This document shows positions 63,570 to 64,000 of a stretch of 64,000 nucleotides of DNA, piece by piece. Location: assembly GCF_009834535.1 (NCBI RefSeq), contig NC_045697.1, forward strand, positions 108,068,001 to 108,132,000, given 5' to 3'. Numbering within the stretch: the stretch's first letter is position 1; every line of letters begins with the position of its first letter. The position numbers and the translations under genes are program-made. The notes beneath the pieces are model-generated. The model ran no database searches. It worked only from the letters and a program-made list of their open reading frames with translations, and was not told the DNA's origin. Source of the DNA: Camelus ferus. Taxonomy: Eukaryota.

Positions 63570-64000
63570 ACATTATTTTTATTACATAAAAATATAAAGT
63601 ACTGTGTTTATTGTAGAAAATTTGGAAAATAGAAAAAGTGTGAATAGGGAAAAGAACTCACAAAGTTCCACCATTGAGAGTTAACTGTGTTAACCTTTGG
63701 GTTTCCCTCCTTTCAGTCGTCTCTCTGTACACCTATTTATGTGTGCAGTTATGTAAGTGGTCTGTTTTGCATCTGTTTTGTATTCATACACCGTTATATA
63801 AGGGACATTTCTCTGTGTCATTAAATATGCTTATTTAAAGCCTACTTAGAGTTCCTTGTTATGGAAGTACTATAATTAATTAGCCGTTCTCCTATCGAAG
63901 GATGTTGATGCTGTTTCTGGGCTTTGCTATTATAAATGAATGCTACATTGGACATTCTTAAATAGAATCTTGTCCCATTCCTGGTTGTCTCATTGGCATG
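63570..64000 (-). mobile_element. Old L1ME-type 3' fragment
   Basis: ttattgtagaaaatttggaaaatag...tttgctattataaat. Confidence 0.65.

Noticed and set aside
1..64000. CRISPR arrays, operons or prokaryotic defence systems
   Set aside because: The sequence is mammalian; there is no repeat-spacer array or gene-dense ORF organisation.

Overview
Mammalian genomic DNA, most likely a camelid (alpaca, llama or camel), judged from four copies of the tRNA-derived camelid SINE (vic-1 type) and lineage-type L1 3' ends. I found no protein-coding exon, RNA gene or CRISPR array that I can support. The supplied ORFs are chance ORFs in GC-rich DNA or antisense frames of repeats. The window is intron- or intergenic-like: many interspersed repeats (L1, HAL1, L2, MIR, MaLR/ERVL/ERV1/Gypsy-like LTRs, hAT and Tigger DNA transposons) with repeat-poor, motif-rich stretches between them. 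Main observations: (1) an unusually long, very old CR1/L3-clade LINE on the minus strand (~27.8-32.4 kb, possibly to ~32.9 kb) whose endonuclease, RT and C-terminal motifs still read in order, carrying nested insertions (Gypsy-like LTR > L1MC > SINE); (2) a SINE-MIR-SINE composite bounded by one target-site duplication; (3) two L1 copies 5 kb apart truncated at nearly the same 5' position; (4) a MER41-like solo LTR with two near-GAS motifs; (5) candidate enhancers and a possible spliced minus-strand transcript near 62 kb. Repeat subfamily names come from recalled consensus sequences and need RepeatMasker/Dfam confirmation. I see no evidence of a new protein-based system.
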